Virus genome (UHGV): UHGV-1689382
Length of the DNA stretch: 10,734 bases
Direction: 5' to 3' (one strand)
From: a virus
Shown: in pieces, positions 8,500 to 10,734 of the stretch
Layout: every line of letters begins with the position of its first letter
Numbering within the stretch: position 1 is the first letter of the stretch
Translations under genes and position numbers: made by a program
Notes under the pieces: generated by a model
Database searches by the model: none
What the model saw: the letters and a program-made list of their open reading frames with translations, nothing else
What the model was told of the DNA's origin: nothing

Positions 8500-8858
8500 A
8501 CGAATATCAGTTTGTGCTTCCATACCCGCCGTCGGTGAACACCTACTGGCGAAGACGGGGAAGCCAATACTACATCAGCGATAAAGGCCAGAAATACCGA
8601 AAAGACGTTCAGCAAATCATCCGCCAACTCAAGTTAGACATTTTCACCAAATCACGACTCCGCATCAAAGTCATCGCAGACGTTCCGGACTCCCGCCGTC
8701 GCGACCTCGACAACATCCTGAAAGGTTTACTCGACTCCCTTATCCACGCCGGATTTGCGGAAGACGACGAGCAATTCGATGACATTCGCGTAATTCGTGG
8801 CGTGAAAGTACCAGGCGGAAGGCTTGGAATAAAAATCACCGAACTGGAGAACGTATGA
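8496..8858 (+). CDS. rusA: Holliday junction resolvase RusA
   Basis: 120 aa with the same length and motif order as E. coli RusA: LPYPPSVNTYW near the N-terminus, DVPDSRRRDLDN catalytic acidic block, and C-terminal GGRLGIKITE. Start overlaps the ybcO-like stop (ATGA). Confidence 0.9.
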   Translation: MNEYQFVLPYPPSVNTYWRRRGSQYYISDKGQKYRKDVQQIIRQLKLDIFTKSRLRIKVIADVPDSRRRDLDNILKGLLDSLIHAGFAEDDEQFDDIRVIRGVKVPGGRLGIKITELENV

Positions 8859-9043
8859 ACGCCACAATTCAAACGATACCAGAGCTTCTTATCCAGACAC
8901 GAGGCAATAAGACCGAAGTGGCGAGGATGCTTTCCTGCGCAAGAGGAACAGTGCTCAAGTACAACCGAGACAGCAAAGGCGAGCGTCACGTAATAGTTAA
9001 CGGCGTCCTGATGGTCAAACAGGGCAAGAGGGGAAGACGATGA
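8855..9043 (+). CDS. ninH: NinH-like small DNA-binding protein (62 aa)
   Basis: TIPELLIQTRGNKTEVARMLSCARGTVLKY...VIVNGVLMV parallels lambda NinH (TIPDMLVEAYGNQTEVARRLKCSRGTVRKY...AIVNDVLMV) from memory. Overlaps the rusA stop and the Q start. Confidence 0.7.
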   Translation: MNATIQTIPELLIQTRGNKTEVARMLSCARGTVLKYNRDSKGERHVIVNGVLMVKQGKRGRR

Positions 9044-9528
9044 GCATAAGAGAAATAAACCTCACCAAAGAACAGCACGATTGGCTGAATGGCTGGCTTG
9101 AACTGTGGGGCGCATGGGTTTATTCAGGTCGTCTGGAAAAGCGCATGAGCAGCGTAATAGCGAAGTTCATGGAGAGCGTAGAGCCGGGAAGAGTTATGAC
9201 AAGGCCAATGTGTAATGATGATGATGGAATGTTGATTTCTCAGATCGTCGATTCCGTCATGTGCATTGACAAGAAAGCCTTTGGCATCCTCCTCAGCTAC
9301 TACGCTCATGGATCTTCCAAGCATGCCATTGCATCTTACTATCATCGTGTCGCAAGACCTCGCAAGATGTTATGCCGGGGCGGCGGGCGTATTCAAAAAC
9401 CATCGCTCGCAACCTGTCGCCGGGAAGTTGACGAAATCCTCAATGCTTCGTTGTTTATGATTTACCCAGTTCTGGATAGTGCGTTTAAAAACCGGAAACG
9501 TGTAGAGAAAATTAAACATGTAGCATAG
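9040..9528 (+). CDS. Q: Late-gene antitermination protein Q (phage 82 / QuuD-like family)
   Basis: 162 aa; HDWLNGWLELWGAWVYSGRLEKRMSSVIAKFMESVEPGRVMTRPMCNDDDGML matches the Q82-type antiterminator family from memory. Last gene before a promoter-like element and the lysis cassette. Confidence 0.85.
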   Translation: MSIREINLTKEQHDWLNGWLELWGAWVYSGRLEKRMSSVIAKFMESVEPGRVMTRPMCNDDDGMLISQIVDSVMCIDKKAFGILLSYYAHGSSKHAIASYYHRVARPRKMLCRGGGRIQKPSLATCRREVDEILNASLFMIYPVLDSAFKNRKRVEKIKHVA

Positions 9529-9534
9529 AACGTG

Positions 9535-9565
9535 TTGACATCATTGAGCAAATGAGCAACACTAT
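9535..9565 (+). promoter_or_regulatory. Putative late promoter PR' (-35 TTGACA)
   Basis: Consensus -35 TTGACA at 9535..9540, 7 nt after the Q stop. Candidate -10 elements 17-19 bp downstream (AACACT / CACTAT) are weak, so the exact -10 and start site are uncertain. Confidence 0.45.
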
Positions 9566-9618
9566 TCGCATAAGCTGCCGTTAGTGACTCTTAAGTTGCG
9601 ACGGTGGCTTTTTTGTTT

Positions 9619-9687
9619 GCACAACAGGTAAGAGCATTCTCCCTTATGGGGCTTGGCTTAAATGCACCGAGTGCTCTTATCGTTGTG
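9619..9687 (+). repeat. Hairpin-forming repeat unit 1 (long imperfect inverted repeat)
   Basis: Left arm CACAACAGGTAAGAGCA (9620..9636) pairs with right arm TGCTCTTATCGTTGTG (9672..9687), about 16 bp with one bulged A and one G-T pair, around a 35-nt loop. The 16-mer GCACAACAGGTAAGAG (9619..9634) recurs exactly at 10035..10050. Confidence 0.5.
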
Positions 9688-9888
9688 GCAGCACAACGAT
9701 AGTTTTCGTCAGAGTTGGCGACTTTGCGGGTTTTTAGAAGCTGACCACAAAGATAAATGCAAACGATGATTTGATGTTGATGGCGGCCTAAGAAACCAAA
9801 ATCACGGGGTCTTCCGACTCCCCGCTACCAAATTCGGCGCACTGGCCCGGTGTGATTAATAATGGGCACCCATTCAAATGTACCCTCG

Positions 9889-9914
9889 GCAGGTTCGATT
9901 CCTGACTAGACCCA
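9889..9914 (+). other. tRNA-like remnant (T-arm GGTTCGATTCC with no matching acceptor stem)
   Basis: Canonical T-loop TTCGATT (9894..9900) flanked by a 4-bp stem CAGG/CCTG, with CCA at 9912..9914 in one register. No complementary 5' acceptor strand was found within about 90 nt upstream. Confidence 0.25.
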
Positions 9915-10034
9915 GATGGCGACGGGGAGGGTCCAATTGAGTGGGTAACAACGGGCATGTCGCCTTAGTAAATCCCTCAAGGGTGCGACGCATAGACCGG
10001 TACTAGCGTCGCCGTTAGCTCCACGAAACGGAGC

Positions 10035-10121
10035 GCACAACAGGTAAGAGTATTTGTAGAGTTCGACTCTCTACCGTGGGATTTTTTCCGCGATGCGAGC
10101 CATAAATGCTCTTTCCGTTGT
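10035..10121 (+). repeat. Hairpin-forming repeat unit 2 (second copy of the 16-mer plus matching right arm)
   Basis: Left arm CACAACAGGTAAGAGTA (10036..10052) pairs with TGCTCTTTCCGTTGTG (10106..10121). The loop contains a T-arm-like hairpin GTAGAG-TTCGACT-CTCTAC (10056..10074) followed by a T6 run (10082..10087). Confidence 0.5.
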
Positions 10122-10451
10122 GCTGAATTAAGCGAATGCCGGAAGCAGAACCGGATCACCAAATGCGTACAGGCGTCATCGCCGCCCAGCAACAGCACAA
10201 CCCAAACTGAGCCGTAGCCACTGGCTATCCTGGATTCATCAGTGATAGTTATGCTGCGGCCTTCTACACATGACCTTCGTGAAAGCGGGTGGCATGAGGT
10301 TGCGCTAACAACCTCCTGCCGTTTTGCCCGTGCATATCGGTCACGAACAAATCTGATTACTAAACACAGTAGCCTGGATTTGTTCTATCAGTAATCGACC
10401 TTATTCCTAATTAAATAGAGCAAATCCCCTTATTGGGGGTAAGACATTAAG

Positions 10452-10734
10452 ATGCCAGAAAAACATGACCTGTTAGCCGCCATTTTCGCGGCAAAGGAAC
10501 AAGGCATCGGGGCAATCCTTGCGTTTGCAATGGCGTACCTTCGCGGCAGATATAATGGCGGTGCGTTTACAAAAACAGTAATCGACGCAACGATGTGCGC
10601 CATTATCGCCTGGTTCATTCGTGACCTTCTCGACTTCGCCGGACTAAGTAGCAATCTCGCTTATATAACGAGCGTGTTCATCGGCTACATCGGTACTGAC
10701 TCGATTGGTTCGCTTATCAAACGCTTCGCTGCTA
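10452..10734 (+). CDS. S: Holin S (lambda type), 3'-truncated by the window edge
   Basis: Hand translation [94 protein letters not shown] corresponds to lambda S105 from its Met3 start. Upstream GGGGG SD and sdi-like structure. The frame runs off the window, so it is absent from the ORF track. Confidence 0.9.
   Translation, partial: MPEKHDLLAAIFAAKEQGIGAILAFAMAYLRGRYNGGAFTKTVIDATMCAIIAWFIRDLLDFAGLSSNLAYITSVFIGYIGTDSIGSLIKRFAA

Noticed and set aside
8218-8989. Minus-strand ORFs at 8218..8523, 8433..8627 and 8609..8989
   Set aside because: Antisense to ybcO-like, rusA and ninH, all of which are recognisable on the plus strand.
9124-9460. ORFs at 9124..9345(-) and 9266..9460(+)
   Set aside because: Internal to Q, antisense or out of frame.
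9889-9914. Intact tRNA gene at the GGTTCGATTCC T-loop
   Set aside because: No complementary 5' acceptor strand or standard D and anticodon arms could be found by eye upstream, so it is reported only as a remnant pending tRNAscan-SE.
9977-10198. 73-aa minus-strand ORF in the late leader
   Set aside because: No SD, runs against the direction of late transcription, and overlaps the structured repeat region; more likely non-coding.
10430-10654. 74-aa minus-strand ORF
   Set aside because: Antisense to the lambda-type S holin gene.

Overview
This window reads as the early-left, immunity, replication, nin, Q and lysis-start segment of a mosaic lambdoid prophage, probably enterobacterial. All calls are from reading the sequence and from remembered protein and site sequences; no searches were run. 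Leftward (PL) operon on the minus strand: a lambda-type N antiterminator with nutL, followed by two or three small unknown ORFs. The immunity region is phage-434 type: cI and cro flank three 14-bp ACAAG..TTGT operators, with a matching operator triplet at OL and a lambda-type nutR. The most interesting feature is an unrecognised signal-peptide gene (1596..2000, minus) translationally coupled to cI, in the slot where lambda carries rexAB. Rightward: a cII-like gene, a small basic ORF, an O-like initiator with internal iterons, and a DnaB-family helicase. The nin region contains ninB, an AT-rich HNH homing-endonuclease insertion, ninD, a NinX-like ORF, ninF, a Rha/KilAC antirepressor, a YbcO-like ORF, rusA and ninH, then Q. 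The roughly 920-bp late leader carries two hairpin-forming repeat units and tRNA-like remnants, and the window ends in a lambda-type S holin whose upstream start codon reads ATT. No CRISPR array, rRNA, intact tRNA, transposase or integrase was seen.
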